This document shows positions 1-12,546 of a stretch of 64,000 nt of DNA, one piece after another; positions within the stretch are counted from its first letter, which is position 1; the number at the start of each line of letters is the position of its first letter. The stretch covers positions 94,488,001-94,552,000 of the forward strand of contig NC_043005.1 of NCBI RefSeq assembly GCF_006345805.1, written 5' to 3'. Made by a program: the position numbers and the translations under genes. The notes beneath the pieces are model-generated. The model saw only the letters and a list, made by a program, of their open reading frames with translations, searched no databases and had not been told where the DNA came from. Source of the stretch: Octopus sinensis. Taxonomy: Eukaryota.

Positions 1-110
1 CATCACCACCATCACCACCACCTCCACAAAAAAACAATTTCGCGGAAGCCATACGACCGAAAAGAAGAATCCTAAAATTTACTCACCAACAAATACAAGA
101 CACAAAGTCC

Positions 111-1283
111 TTGCTCACCAAAGAAGGCGATACAATGCATTTAAATATTCCACGGAACATCATAGAAGAAACACAAAAGAAGACCATCATTTACAGAATA
201 CTCAACACCAAAACAAAAAGACCAGAAAGCCTACCTAAAGAAAAAATTGAAAAGTGCATCTCTTCCGTGTGGAAATTCCGAAATTATGTGAATTGGGGAA
301 GTAAATTTGCTACCGTGCAAGTTCGCTTCCATACGGAAGAACTAGCAAAAAGTTTTCAACCCTTACTCTGCGCACAGACCAGGTAATAATGGTACCTAGC
401 TTCCTTGGGCGCAGAGTTACGAAAATTACAATAAACAAGGTGCCGCCAGTAGTGAATACCCAGTGGCTGGTATCGGCCATCTGAAGAAGCAAATATTTTA
501 GAAGAAGCAAATATTTTAGAAATAGCTGACATTCCAGAGGAAAGCTGGACTGGTAAAAAACTCGAAATATTGCTTCAAATCTCCCAAGAAGCAATAAACA
601 ATTTACCAGCCAGTGTTCAACTGGCAAAAGATAAAAATTGTATGTAGTGGTGGAGGGCAGGAGGCCAAGATGCTATTTATGCAACAGTGAGGCACACCTG
701 AGATATGAATGCCCAACTGCTGTCAGAAATAGGCAACAGCAACAGCAACCACTCCCCAAACCTGGAAGGAAACCCCTGCTACCTACACCACCTTCAACTC
801 AAAATACAGGAAAAACAGCGGACGATACAAAAACTGTTTCCCCCTCACCAACCACATGACCAAGAAGAGAATTACTCCGACATCGCAACTAACAAAGGAA
901 ACAACATCACCACCAACATCAAAAGACAGACCAACACCAACACCAGCACCAAGAACAACAACCAAAAAACAAATAACAATGACGAAAAGACAAATTCTGC
1001 CCCTAATACCCCAACAACACAAACACCACACAAAACAACAACACCTTCTACAAACACACATATAGATACAAACGCTTTGCCTTTACCCCCTTCTGATTCG
1101 TCGGACTCGTCGTCCAACGACGAAAGTTCGACAGAATGGCAAATAGCCACAGGGAGTAAAAGGAAAATACCAAAAAAGCCCACCAAACAAGTAAGTAAAG
1201 CAGGGAGATATTTAACTCCGGACAGCATCCCCTTAAACAATAAAAAAAAATCAATGACCCCGAAAAACCACACACACAACTAA
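111..1283 (+). pseudogene. LINE ORF1 (gag-like nucleic-acid-binding protein), frameshifted
   Basis: The ORF 638-859 contains RPRCYLCNSEAHLRYECP (CX2CX4HX4C zinc knuckle). A T/N/K/S-rich tail follows. The frame is split over 111-386, 638-859 and 705-1283. Confidence 0.7.
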
Positions 1284-1631
1284 CAGCAATAGACACGGAC
1301 AATAAAAAAACTAATGGATTACATTGCATCCAACACGAACATCTGCGAAGATGACTTTAAGACAAATAATCATCTGCGCACCACTCCACCGAAACACATA
1401 AGAATTGTACACATAACACAAACACAACACCATACACTGAAAACCATATTTCCAAATGCGGTAGGGGGGTTTCAAAAACACCTCTCAAAAAAACTATTCA
1501 AACACCTCCTCAAAGACACTACAAAAGATGAAGAAAAAACTGAAACTTTCGAAATGAGTAAGTCACCTTCCCTCTTGCCTCTTGTCTCTTCCAGTGTAGT
1601 GTGTGAAACACAAATTTCTTAAACGTCAATT

Positions 1632-4600
1632 ATGCTTAAATTAGGTTGTGTGAATGCGTGTGGCTTGGCGTCGGCTTGGAAACAAGGTTACCTTCTAAAC
1701 GACATCAAGTCACTGAACGTGGATATAGTAGCTATCAGTGAAACCAGACTCAGCAAGCCACGGGCCCTCGCGTCCATGTTTGGCGATCAATTCGACATTT
1801 ATTTTTCTCCCTGTCTGCCGAACATGGGTGGTGGAGGTACCGCGGTGCTTTTTTGAAAGAGTCTAAATGTAAAAGTTAGAACAATATTCCTAAACCCGTA
1901 GGCTGGTTGTCTTGGACGTGGATGGCAGAAATGAGTGTGCATTCCGTCTGATGGCAGTTTATGCACCGTCCTTAACGGGTTGGGCGGATTTCTTTAGACG
2001 TCTAGAGGTTTTCCTGGGTACGTCTAGACCTTTACTGTTAGTAGGGGATTGGAACGCTACCTTGGACACGCATATAGATTATGTGGGAATGGATAGGAAT
2101 AGAAGGGGGTGTAAGTGCCTCAAAGACCTACTCGGACGTTTCCATTTGTCTGACAGGTTACGACTCGACCATCCGAACGTGCCAACGTGGACTTGGACAA
2201 ACCGCGTCGGATCGTCGAGATCTTATCTAGATAGAATTCTATGCAGGACAGCGGATAGGGATAGTGTAGGATGTCCACAATTTAAAATAGTCAGCCACAC
2301 AGATCACAAATTTGTGACGTGTACGCTCGACTTAGATAAGACACATAGACAGGGTCCCGGTTACTGGAAACTGAACACCTCGCTCTTAGCGCGACAGGTT
2401 TACAGGAACCGGATTAGCGAGCTAATTAAGAAGGCGCTGGCGGGAGCCGTCATTAACAACCGCTGGTGGTTCGCCCTGAAAATGACAATAAAATCGGAAT
2501 CAATTAGGTTTAGCAAGGAATTAGCGATAGATCGAAATAGAGTAGAGGGAGACCTGGTTAAGAAATTAGAAGAGGCACTTACCACTGGCAGCGCAACCAG
2601 CGTGCTGGCTGCGAGGATGGCCCTCAACCAACACCTCAACGCCAAGCACGAAGGTTGCGTCGTCAGAGCTAAAATGCGTGCCTTAAGGAACGAAAGGAAC
2701 GAAGCCGCGCGAGAGGCCTGAGTAGCGGAGGCGCAGCGTGGCAACAGAGCCACCATTCGGTCTCTAATAGATCAACAGGGATGCAGTTTACTCGAACCCG
2801 AAAGGATGTGTGAGGCCTTTCAACAGCACTTTGCTCGACTGTTTGGTGCGAGTGGTGGGTCGGAACGCGGGATGGATTTCAGTGCCTACCTGACCGACCT
2901 GCCGCGGCCCTCAGCAAGAGAAGTGGAGTGTTGTGAAAGTCCCATCACAGCCGCTGACGTGCGGGATGCGATGGCGGGCTGCGCGAGGGATAAGTCGCCT
3001 GGATTGGATGGTTTACCCTACGAACTGTATTGTCAAATGCCAGACTTGTTTGGCGACCTCTTGGCATCAGTCTACTGCAACTGGCAACAAAACGGGAGAA
3101 TCCCCGGTTTCGTGAGCCGAGGTGCAGTGACGTTGCTGAAGAAAGACCCAAACAAGGGGAATTTTATAGATAATTTCAGGCCCATCACTCTGCTCAACGT
3201 AGATTTGAAAATTTTGGCCAAACTAATAGCCGAGAGATTGGCGCTTGTCATTGGTAAACTGGTCGACAGGGCGCAAACATGCGCCGTGCCGGGCAGAACC
3301 ATACATGACAGCCTCCATCTGATGCGCTACATTGTGGACAGGGTAGTTAAGGATCCTGGCATGGGTCGACCATCGGTACTTGGCGGCCGTCCTCAGGGCG
3401 GCTGGCTTCGGTCCCGTCTTCCGAAGCTGGATCGCTGCCTTGTATAGCGGCATCCGATCGGTGATTCGGGTGAACGGCCACCTGTCGAAACCGTTTGACA
3501 TCACGCGTTCGGTCCGTCAGGGGTGTCCCCTGTCGGCGCTTCTGTATTTATTGACTCGAGCCGCTACTGCGGAAGCTGGCGACACTGAGGTGCATCCCAC
3601 GGGAACTGGGTTACGGGACGAGCGTGTCGGCATATGCGGACGATGTCACCGTCATAGTGTCGAGTGAAAAACACATCCAGATGATAGGTGATACACTAAG
3701 AAAATACGAAACGGTGACGGGAGCGAAGATTAACCCGGAAAAGTCAGTGGGTTTGCTACTCGGCACCTGGAGAAGGAAGCTAATGCCGTCCGACTGCGGC
3801 TCAATAGTGGGACGCTGGATGGATGGACCAGTTAAATTGCTCAGGGTCTGGTTCAGTCCGGACCTCCAAATGGATAAGAACTGGGACGAGATCACGAGTA
3901 GAGTGGTCGCTCTCAGCCAAACATGGGCCGAGAGAAAGCTATCTCTAAAAGGTCAGACGGAGGTGGCGAACGCGTACATCGCATCCGTCATCGATTACCG
4001 CCTGACCGTCGTGCCTTGTCCCGACGCCACTATCACCAAACTGGAACGCATACTCTTCCGCTTCCTGCGGAAGGGTGGCGTTCCAATGGTGAGGAGGTCC
4101 ATTTGCTGTCAATATCTGTTGAACGGAGGACTGGGCATGCCGTGATTGATGATGCACTGAGACTACGACATCTCTGGAACTTCATCGATGGCGGTGAACA
4201 GGTGTGGGCGCCGTTTGTGAGGCGCGCCTTCCCGCAGCTCGTCTCACTGACCGAACTGCAAACGTGGATCAAGAAGAGACCGAAACTGGGCGATTGGCAC
4301 CGAGAGTGTCGCCAAGCTCTACAGCAGCTCTGCCGACCGGGGTCAAACTTGTGCAACTTACAAACGACTAAAGCGTTCTATAGAGGACTAGTGGAGAGGA
4401 GGTCCGACGACACACTCGGGGCAAAACTGGGCGTCGACGAGAAATTCCTAACCCGACTGTTCAGGACGACGTTCGGGCCGGGGCCTATGGATAACTTCCA
4501 GAAATCCCTGGCTTGGCAATGCTATCGAGACGCACTACCTGTTCGAGAGAAGAGCTACAGGCACGGTTCGAAAACCATCACCGGACCGACCTGCCCGAGA

Positions 4601-5011
4601 TGCGGTCAGAGCGACGAAACCGTTCTGCACGCACTCGTGCAGTGTCCAGATATTTCAGAGCTGTGGATCTTCGTCGAACAGCTGTTGTCGCGTGTAGGAC
4701 GGGCCCGCTTATCGGCCTAGTCTATCGTGAATATCGTTCCACCACCTTCCTTTAAACGGGAAGGGAAAACGGTTTTCGGTACGCTGATGGCTATGGCGAA
4801 AGAATGTGCGTGGTGGACGCGTTTGAAAGGACTGCAAACAAACACCTTCCTCTCTGGTCAGTCTCTCGTCAACTTTTTCAGGTACCACTTGAAAAGGAGG
4901 ATGAGAATAGAGAGGAAGGCTTTGTCGAACGAATGTTTTAATAAAAAGTGGGTAAAAGTGGCAAAAATGGTCAGTATGAAAGACGACACTATTTTAAGCG
5001 TAAATCTGTAA
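1632..5011 (+). pseudogene. LINE ORF2: APE endonuclease + reverse transcriptase + C-terminal zinc-binding domain, with several stops and frameshifts
   Basis: APE motifs ISETRL, GDWN, YLDRI and TDH. RT motifs KSPGLDGLPYE, FRPITLLNVDLKILAK, VRQGCPLS and YADD. C-terminal CPRCGQSDETVLHALVQCP. In-frame TGA stops at 1854 and 2719. A deletion near 3365 removes the expected KAFD motif. Confidence 0.92.
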
Positions 5012-5128
5012 CCAAAAGAGACAACGAGAGGTAAGGCGACTTACTTATGTGTTCATTTTCGAACTGTCTGAGGTGACCTTGGTCTTTTTTGTAGGTTTTT
5101 CTTTCCAGGGCTACACCTAAACTGTGAG

Positions 5129-5166
<38 letters not shown>

Positions 5167-5312
5167 TTTATACCCCACACAACCCACAGATCCCTATTGA
5201 TCGAACGTTTTTTTTCTTTGTGTCCCATCCATCCCACCTCGAAAAGAAAAAAACTCTACATTGTATTTCGTCCATTTTTATTGTGTTTAGCCCTGTGTGG
5301 CCACAATAATAA

Positions 5313-5314
<2 letters not shown>

Positions 5315-5404
<90 letters not shown>

Positions 5405-5421
5405 GCTAGCTAGCTAGCTAT
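5315..5421. repeat. (TATC)n microsatellite followed by (TAGC)n
   Basis: Directly visible perfect tetranucleotide array. Confidence 0.95.
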
Positions 5422-6344
5422 TCATCTTTGCTTTTGTCTCTCCTCTGTCACATTCACTTTTCTTTCTCCCATTCTTATATATGAGTGTTTCATTATAGTT
5501 TGGCTCTCTTATCTCGCTCCCACACACACACTTTCTCTCACTTTCTCGCTTTTTACCCATAACCTTTTTCTCTCTCCCCCATGCTCTTTGTCTTGTTCTC
5601 TCTTTCTCTATTTCACTCAGCCCTTCATTCAAAGCTTTATTATATATGTTAGGGGTCAAAGCTTTTCCAAGGAAAAATAATATATCATATATAATATGCA
5701 CATATATATATATAACGAAACAGTCATCTGCTTATGTGTATGTGCGTGTGCGTGCGTGTGTGTCTTAGTGCATGCGTGTGTGTGTGGTATGTGTGTTTGT
5801 GTGCGTGCATGTGTGTGCATACATGTGTGTATTTGTATTATACATTAAAGCTATAGATGCGACCTCCGATTACAAACGAAATTGCACGAAATGATATATC
5901 ATTATACGAGTGAACCAGATATTTAGCTACGTAAATTGCAGTGGTCAAACAAGAAAAAAGAAACAGAAAGAAAAGAAAAAGTAAAGAAAAAGAATAAGAA
6001 TACTTGTTGAAACGTCCTAGGGTCAAATCACATGCTTATTAGCAAGCTACTAGACTATTAAGTGGTATAATTATGCAGAATTGATGGATGACATAACTTG
6101 GTCAAGTAATGTGAAGCTATGGTATGCTTTTAACTCACCTTAGCCATTTATAACTGAAGTCCAAGTGCGTTTGATCATGCATGTATGTATGCATGTATAC
6201 ATGTCTGCATGTCTGCATGTATTATATATGTATGTCTGCATGAATATATATATATATTACCTGTATCGTATTGATATGCATTATATATGTATGTATATAT
6301 GTATAAAAAAAAAATATATATATTACGGAGATGTACTTGCATAG

Positions 6345-6531
6345 CATGTGACCCGATCTGAGATCGTGTGCTGGAAAGAAAACAATTGCAGCGTGGAAGG
6401 TGTTTATAAGCCATTTAAGAAACACACAAAAACCGTTAGATTCACTTCAACATTTAAATTTCCTTTGCCAAAATATTTTCGTCACTTTGAGACCGCGACC
6501 GGCTCACTGACAAAATTCCGTTCTGCATCAC

Positions 6532-6620
<89 letters not shown>

Positions 6621-7199
6621 TGTATGCTTATATATGCATGTACATACACACGTATATATGTTTGCATGTATATATGTGTGTATGGTGCAGGGTATAAGCA
6701 AGAGAATAACAGAGTGCTCTAAATTGAATATGTTTATATATTCGTTTATGTGAATATCCGTGTGCAGGAATATATATTCATTCGCATACGCAAACATGTG
6801 CCATACACATACACACACACACATTCGTACACACATGCGTGTATGATTGCGCATAAAAATGCGTGAGTGCGCGCGTGCGTGTGTACATGTGAATTGGTGT
6901 ATTTCTGCTGCACTTAGGTAGAGCAAAGTATCATAACCCGAACAGGAAGCCCGCGAATCTATTTGTTGCATTTTATCCTAATTTTGTCCAATTGACCTTG
7001 TTGATGTCATTACGGCTTAAATGTCAAACATATGTTATAAACGAGGACATGCACACTAACGCGCAAGTATAGTCGCACAGGCATACACGGGCAGTCATAA
7101 ATATATATGCAAGAAACAGCCATCTCTTTCTCGCTCTCCCTATCTGTGTCTGTGAATATGGAGGGGAACGAAGAGAGGCAATAATAATAAGTATATATA

Positions 7200-7248
<49 letters not shown>

Positions 7249-7285
7249 ATATGTATATATGTATATATGTATATATGTATATATG

Positions 7286-7342
<57 letters not shown>

Positions 7343-7458
7343 CTCTTTTACTCTTTTACTTGTTTCAGCCGGTTTTTGTGTTTCTTAAATGGCTTATAAA
7401 CACCTTCCACGCTGCAATTGTTTTCTTTCCAGCACACGATCTCAGATCGGGTCACATG
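6345..7458. repeat. ~90-bp inverted repeat pair (6345-6435 / 7370-7458)
   Basis: catgtgacccgatctgagatcgtgtgctggaaag...aagaaacacacaaaaaccg at 6345-6435 recurs as its reverse complement at 7370-7458, with only a 2-nt CA difference. Confidence 0.9.
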
Positions 7459-7472
7459 TATATATATATGTG

Positions 7473-7506
<34 letters not shown>

Positions 7507-7606
7507 TGTGTATATATATATATGTATATATATATTATATATATATATACATGTATATATATATGTATATATATATATATATATATACATGTATATATAT
7601 ATGTAT

Positions 7607-7678
<72 letters not shown>

Positions 7679-7762
7679 ATATGTATGTATATAATATATA
7701 TATATATATCATATATATATATATATATATATACATGTATATATGTATATATATATATTATA

Positions 7763-7853
<91 letters not shown>
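7190..7853. repeat. Long imperfect (TA)n/(TATG)n microsatellite field
   Basis: Directly visible. It is the source of the spurious YI-repeat ORFs. Confidence 0.95.
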
Positions 7854-7856
<3 letters not shown>

Positions 7857-8070
7857 TTAATCCAAACAAGAAAACAAAAAGACAACAACGCAAGGATGTG
7901 GAACAAATAAAGTATTATTGGACGCTCAGGAAAGAACGGAAGGAGGGTTTGACGTTTCGAGCGGAGCTCTTCGTCGGAAACATAGGAGAAAGAAAGATCC
8001 CGAGACGAGAGGACAGAGGAAAAAAATTGCAGGTAGTATTCACGAGGTCACATATTAAAAAGACTGAAAT
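7854..8070 (-). mobile_element. Penelope-like element terminal (pseudo-LTR) segment abutting (TA)n
   Basis: Carries a hammerhead fold at 7947-7981. It lies downstream, on the - strand, of the GIY-YIG remnant at 11042-11580. The junction is directly in (TA)n. Confidence 0.6.
7947..7981 (-). ncRNA. Minimal type I hammerhead ribozyme fold (CCGACGA core variant)
   Basis: Minus strand reads GTTT-CCGACGA-A-GAGC(TCC)GCTC-GAAA-CG-TC-AAAC. Helix I is GUUU/AAAC, helix II is GAGC/GCUC, helix III is reduced to the palindrome ACGU, and the cleavage triplet is GUC. Confidence 0.6.
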
Positions 8071-8129
8071 GGTAAAAATGGAGGAAATTGTTTTTAAAAA
8101 GAGAGCTGAATCAAAGAAGGAATGGTAAA

Positions 8130-10990
8130 AAAAGTGTGCGAGATGACAAGGGTGTGTGTGTGAGTGTTTGCGTGTGTGGTGTGTGTATGGGTGTGTATGG
8201 TGGACAATGGCTAGTAGCAGGTAGTAGTAGAATTAAGGAGTGGTGTAGGGGTACCCTAGCAAGTCAGAAAGGCAGCTCAGAAACAGGGAGGTATGTGTGT
8301 GTGCGTGTATATGTATCGTGTGTGTGTTTTGTTGTAGTATGTGTGTGTGTACGTGTGTTTTTTGTGTGTATGGCGAGTAACTGTGCTTAACTTAGTGTAT
8401 GTGTGCGTGTGTGCTTGTACGTGCGTGTGTGTGTGTATATATACGCATTTATGATTGTGTGCATGTATGTATGGTTGTGTGCCGTATGGGATGTATGTGT
8501 GGGTTCATTTGTGTGTGTGTGCGTGTGCGTGTGTATTTATGTGCGTGTAGTTGTGTGTACGTGTATGTGTGCGTTTGTATGTGTGTGTGTGTGTAAGCGT
8601 AAATGGATCTTTATGCGTGTATCCGTGGAGTTGTGAGTTTCTTTTTGCGCGTGTGCGTGCGTGTGTGCGGGCATATTTTGGTGTGCGTATGTATGTGTGT
8701 GTCTGTGCTTATATGTGTGTACCTATGTGTATGTGTGCGTGCGCGTGGAGGTATATGTTGTGTGTATGTATATGTGTCGGTGTGTATGTGAATTAGTGTG
8801 TGTTCGTACGTCTATATGTGTGTGTGCGTGTATTGTATATATATGTAAATGTGTGTGTGTACGTGCGTGGGAGTGAATGTATGTATGTGCGTGTGTGTAC
8901 AAATGTAGGGGTTTATATGTGTGTTTATATGTTTATATGTGTGTATATATGCATGCAAGGACACACTTCGCAACTGAAAGATTGATGGAAAAGACTATCG
9001 CGGTACGGGCGCATGCGAATCTACAGGCACACACGCACACGCCCAGACGTACGCCCGAAATAAAGCCAGACCCCACAGGCATGCGTGCATGCATGTTTGT
9101 ATGTGTGCGTGCGCGCGCGCATGCATGTGTGTGCGTGTGCATGCTAGTGTGTATGTAGGTATTTGTGTATGTATGTATGTATGTGTGAGTGTGTATGTGT
9201 GTATGTCTGTGTGTATGTATGTCCGTATGAGTGTATGTAAGTATGTGTGTGTGTATGTGTGTATGTGTGCGTGCGTGTATGTATGTGTGTATGTACGTAT
9301 GTATGTGTGTGTATGTGTGTATGTATGTATGTGTGTATGTGTGTAAGTGTGTGTATGTATGTATGTATGTATGTATGTATGTATGTGTGCGTGTGTGTAT
9401 GTATGTATGTGTGCATGCGTGTATATGTGTATGTATGTATGTGTGCATGCGTGTATGTGTGTATGTGTGTGTATGTAAGTATGCATGCATGTGCGTATGT
9501 ATGTGTGTGTATGCATGTGTGTATGTATATGTGTATGTGCGTATATGTGTGTGTGTATGTATGTCTGTGTGTGTATGTATGTGTGTATGCGTGTGTGTAT
9601 ATATGTATGTGTGTATGTATGTATGTGTGTGTGTATGTGTATGTTTGTGTGTATGTGTATGTATGTAAGTATGTATAAATAAAAGTATGAATGTATGTAT
9701 GTATGTGTGTGTACGTATGTGTGTGTGTGAATGTATGCGTGTGTGCGTGGGGTTTCCTCTGGAGTTGTGTGGGCGTAATGTATGTATGTATGTATGCGTG
9801 TGTGTGTGTATGTATGCGTGTGCGTGTGCATGTGCATGTGTATGTATGTATGTGTGTGTGTATGTACGTATGTGTGAGTGTATGGGTGTATGTCTGTATG
9901 TATGTATGTCTTGTGTATGTATGTATGTGTGTATTTGTATGTGTGTGTGTATGTGTGTAGGTTTGTATCTGTGTGTGTATGTATGCATGTGTGTATGGGT
10001 GTAAGTGTGTGTGCGTGTATGTATGTAGGTATGTATGTGTGCGCGCGTGCATGCATGCATGTATGTGTGTGTGTATGTATACACACACAACACACACACG
10101 CTCACACACACACACACAACACACACACGCTCACACACACACACAACACACACACGCTCACACACACACACCACACACACACGCTCACACACACACACAA
10201 CACACACATACACACAACGCACGCATATGGGGCCGGCCGCACACCAGGCGCGCGCGCGTCCGCGCGCCCGCGGACCCGCTGACACCTACACCAAAAAACC
10301 GAACTCCATCAATCCCTCAAATAAAAAGCGTGCCCCTGGATACAAATATATGTATGTGTGTGTGCATGCGTGTAAACGTGTGCGTGTGTATGCATGTATG
10401 TGTGCATGCGTGTATGTGTGCATGTGTGTGTGTGTGTGTATGTATGTATGTAAGTATGTCTGTACGTATGTGTGTGTATGTATATGTGTATGTGCGTATG
10501 TGTGTGTGTATCTATGTGTGTATGTATGTATGTATGTGTGTGTGTGTGTATATATATGTGTGTATGTATGTGTGTATGTATGTATGTGTGTGTGTATGTG
10601 TATGCTTGTTTGTTTGTTTGTGTGTGTATGTATGTATGTATGTATGTGTGATTAAATGTGTGAATGTATGTATGTATGCGTGTGTGCGTGGGGTTTCCTC
10701 TGGGGTTGTGTGGGCGTAATGTACATGTGCGTGACGTGCGTGTATGTGTGTGTCTCTACTGGGTGTTTATAAAGGTGTGCGTATCTGTATGGGTATTGTT
10801 TTGTTGGTGTGTGTGCACGGGCATGTGTGTGCGCGCGTGTGTGTGTGTGTGGTGGGGTGTATAGGTGTGGAAGTATGTGTCCGTACAAGTAGGTTGTATG
10901 TGTGTGGTGTGTTGGAGGTAGGTGTGTTGGAAGTAGGTATGTGGGGGGTGTTCGTGGATACGTGGGTATGCGTGTGTGTGTTTCTGTATA
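8130..10990. repeat. ~2.9-kb compound (GT)/(GTAT) low-complexity tract with internal duplication and a polarity-flipped CA block
   Basis: Directly visible. The motif gcgtggggtttcctctgg[a/g]gttgtgtgggcgtaatgta occurs near 9746 and near 10687. A CA-rich block at ~10080-10220 interrupts the GT polarity. Confidence 0.9.
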
Positions 10991-11041
10991 AGGATTAAAA
11001 ATAAAAGGGAGAGGGGCAGAAAGAGAGGTGGAGCACAGTCA

Positions 11042-11580
11042 CTAAGAGGAGGGGGCCGTGTTGAGTCCGTGTGGGGTATTGGTTTGTAGAGTGAAGATGA
11101 AGCGTTGCTCCAAGTGGAGCCTGGATTGCGGGAGACCGTTGTGTTGGGCGAGACCAAACACTGAGATGTCATCGGGGGAATGGCTGGCCGAGCGGAAGTG
11201 ACGTGCGACGGGAGAAAAGGACCGTAGGCGAACATCCCTCAGATGTTCGGCGAATCGGTCTAACAAACGGCGTCCCGTCTGTCCTATATACAGCATTCCG
11301 CAGGGGTTGTATTTAATACAGTATATGAGGCCAGACGAAGTGCACGTAAAAGAATGTCTGATACGTACAGTTCGCTGGTTGGAGCCGGTGACAGCAGTGG
11401 TGTTGGTGATGAAGGGGCAGGTGTTGCAGCGGGATCTAGAGCACGGGAATGATCCGTGTGGTGCTGAGGGGGAAGAAGAGAGGGTGCTATGGACCAGGAG
11501 GTCGCGTAGATTCCGGGCTCGTTTGAAGGAGGACAGGGGTGGGTTGGGGAAAATGGGGCGGGTCGTGGGATCGAGCTGGA
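11042..11580 (-). pseudogene. Penelope-type GIY-YIG endonuclease remnant
   Basis: Translation gives ...HSFTCTSSGLIYCIKYNPCGMLYIGQTGRRLLDRFAEHLRDVR...VARHF...LEQRFIFTLQTNTPHGLN, which is the canonical PLE C-terminal GIY-YIG. It is truncated upstream at (TA)n. Confidence 0.85.
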
Positions 11581-11704
11581 GGCGACATATATATATATAT
11601 ATTGGTAAAAACGATAAGATAACAAAAGAAAGAAAGAGACCTCAATATTATGTAAATAGAGGAAATTTATCTATAAAATAATATGTACAATTACTCAATA
11701 GTCA

Positions 11705-11767
11705 AGATAAAACTCTGAGTTTTAGATGACGAAGTGGAAATCCACAACACCATCTCTTCGGTTATCT
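11705..11767 (-). ncRNA. Hammerhead fold in the left pseudo-LTR, probably inactive (GAAA->AAAA, G12A)
   Basis: Reverse complement of the 14856-14918 copy except that tttc is tttt at 11720-11723. Confidence 0.5.
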
Positions 11768-12546
11768 GGCCATCTGAAAAAAAAAACGCTATGAAAAAAT
11801 ACCGTTATATAAAGGGAAATTACTGTGTTATAATTCTGCTACTTATATAAAATAAGATTAAAATTTCATAGTAAAACACGTAAACATAGCTAGTCATACG
11901 CTCACTTGTGCGCTCGCGGACCCACGTGCGTACTTATACGTCACTATGAAAACGTACACATCTTCACTCGCATTTTTCGCCAAATATATACGCATATATA
12001 TACAAACTCATACACACACACATGCGTACCGTAAAAGTTCATACATACGTCTATATACGCACAAGCGCAAGAAAAACCAAGGTTAAAGGTAACAGAAAAA
12101 ACATTAGGAAGTATACAAAGCATAAAAAACCACGTTCATATACGGACATGCCCTTATGCACTCATAGACACACACGTCCATATATGTACATACCCGCACA
12201 TGTTTATATACGCATACATACACACGCATATACGAAAAATGAATATACATATGACCCCCACCACAAAAAAACCCTAAAAAAATGGAAAAATACTAAGTAA
12301 AAACGTCTATATATATGCATTCTTATGCCCGCACACACGCACACATCTAAAACTGCCCACCCATACATATTCACACACGTGTACAAACAAATCTATATAC
12401 ACGTCTATATAGGCACAGGAAAAAATGCAGGATAGAAAAGTACAGAAAAAATTAATATGTGTGAAAATATATGAAATAATAAGAGGTATAATGAGATAAA
12501 AAACTTTTTGGGACATAATATAGAAAGCAAGTTCCATCTGTTTTCT

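Larger units (their letters stand above)
1..5313 (+). mobile_element. Tx1/L1-clade non-LTR retrotransposon (LINE), degenerate; 5' end lies outside the window
   Basis: Two-ORF layout: gag-like ORF1 with a zinc knuckle, then ORF2 with APE endonuclease, RT and a C-terminal CCHC motif. The 3' UTR is interrupted by (TA)n at ~5132-5160 and ends at ~5313, next to a (TATC)n array. Clade assignment is from motif order and is inference. Confidence 0.85.

Noticed and set aside
6482-10998. Many long ORFs rich in YI, HT, VC and MY
   Set aside because: These are translations of (TA)n, (CA)n and (TATG)n microsatellites, open in several frames on both strands. The same applies near 33.9-35, 37.5-38.1 and 49.6 kb.
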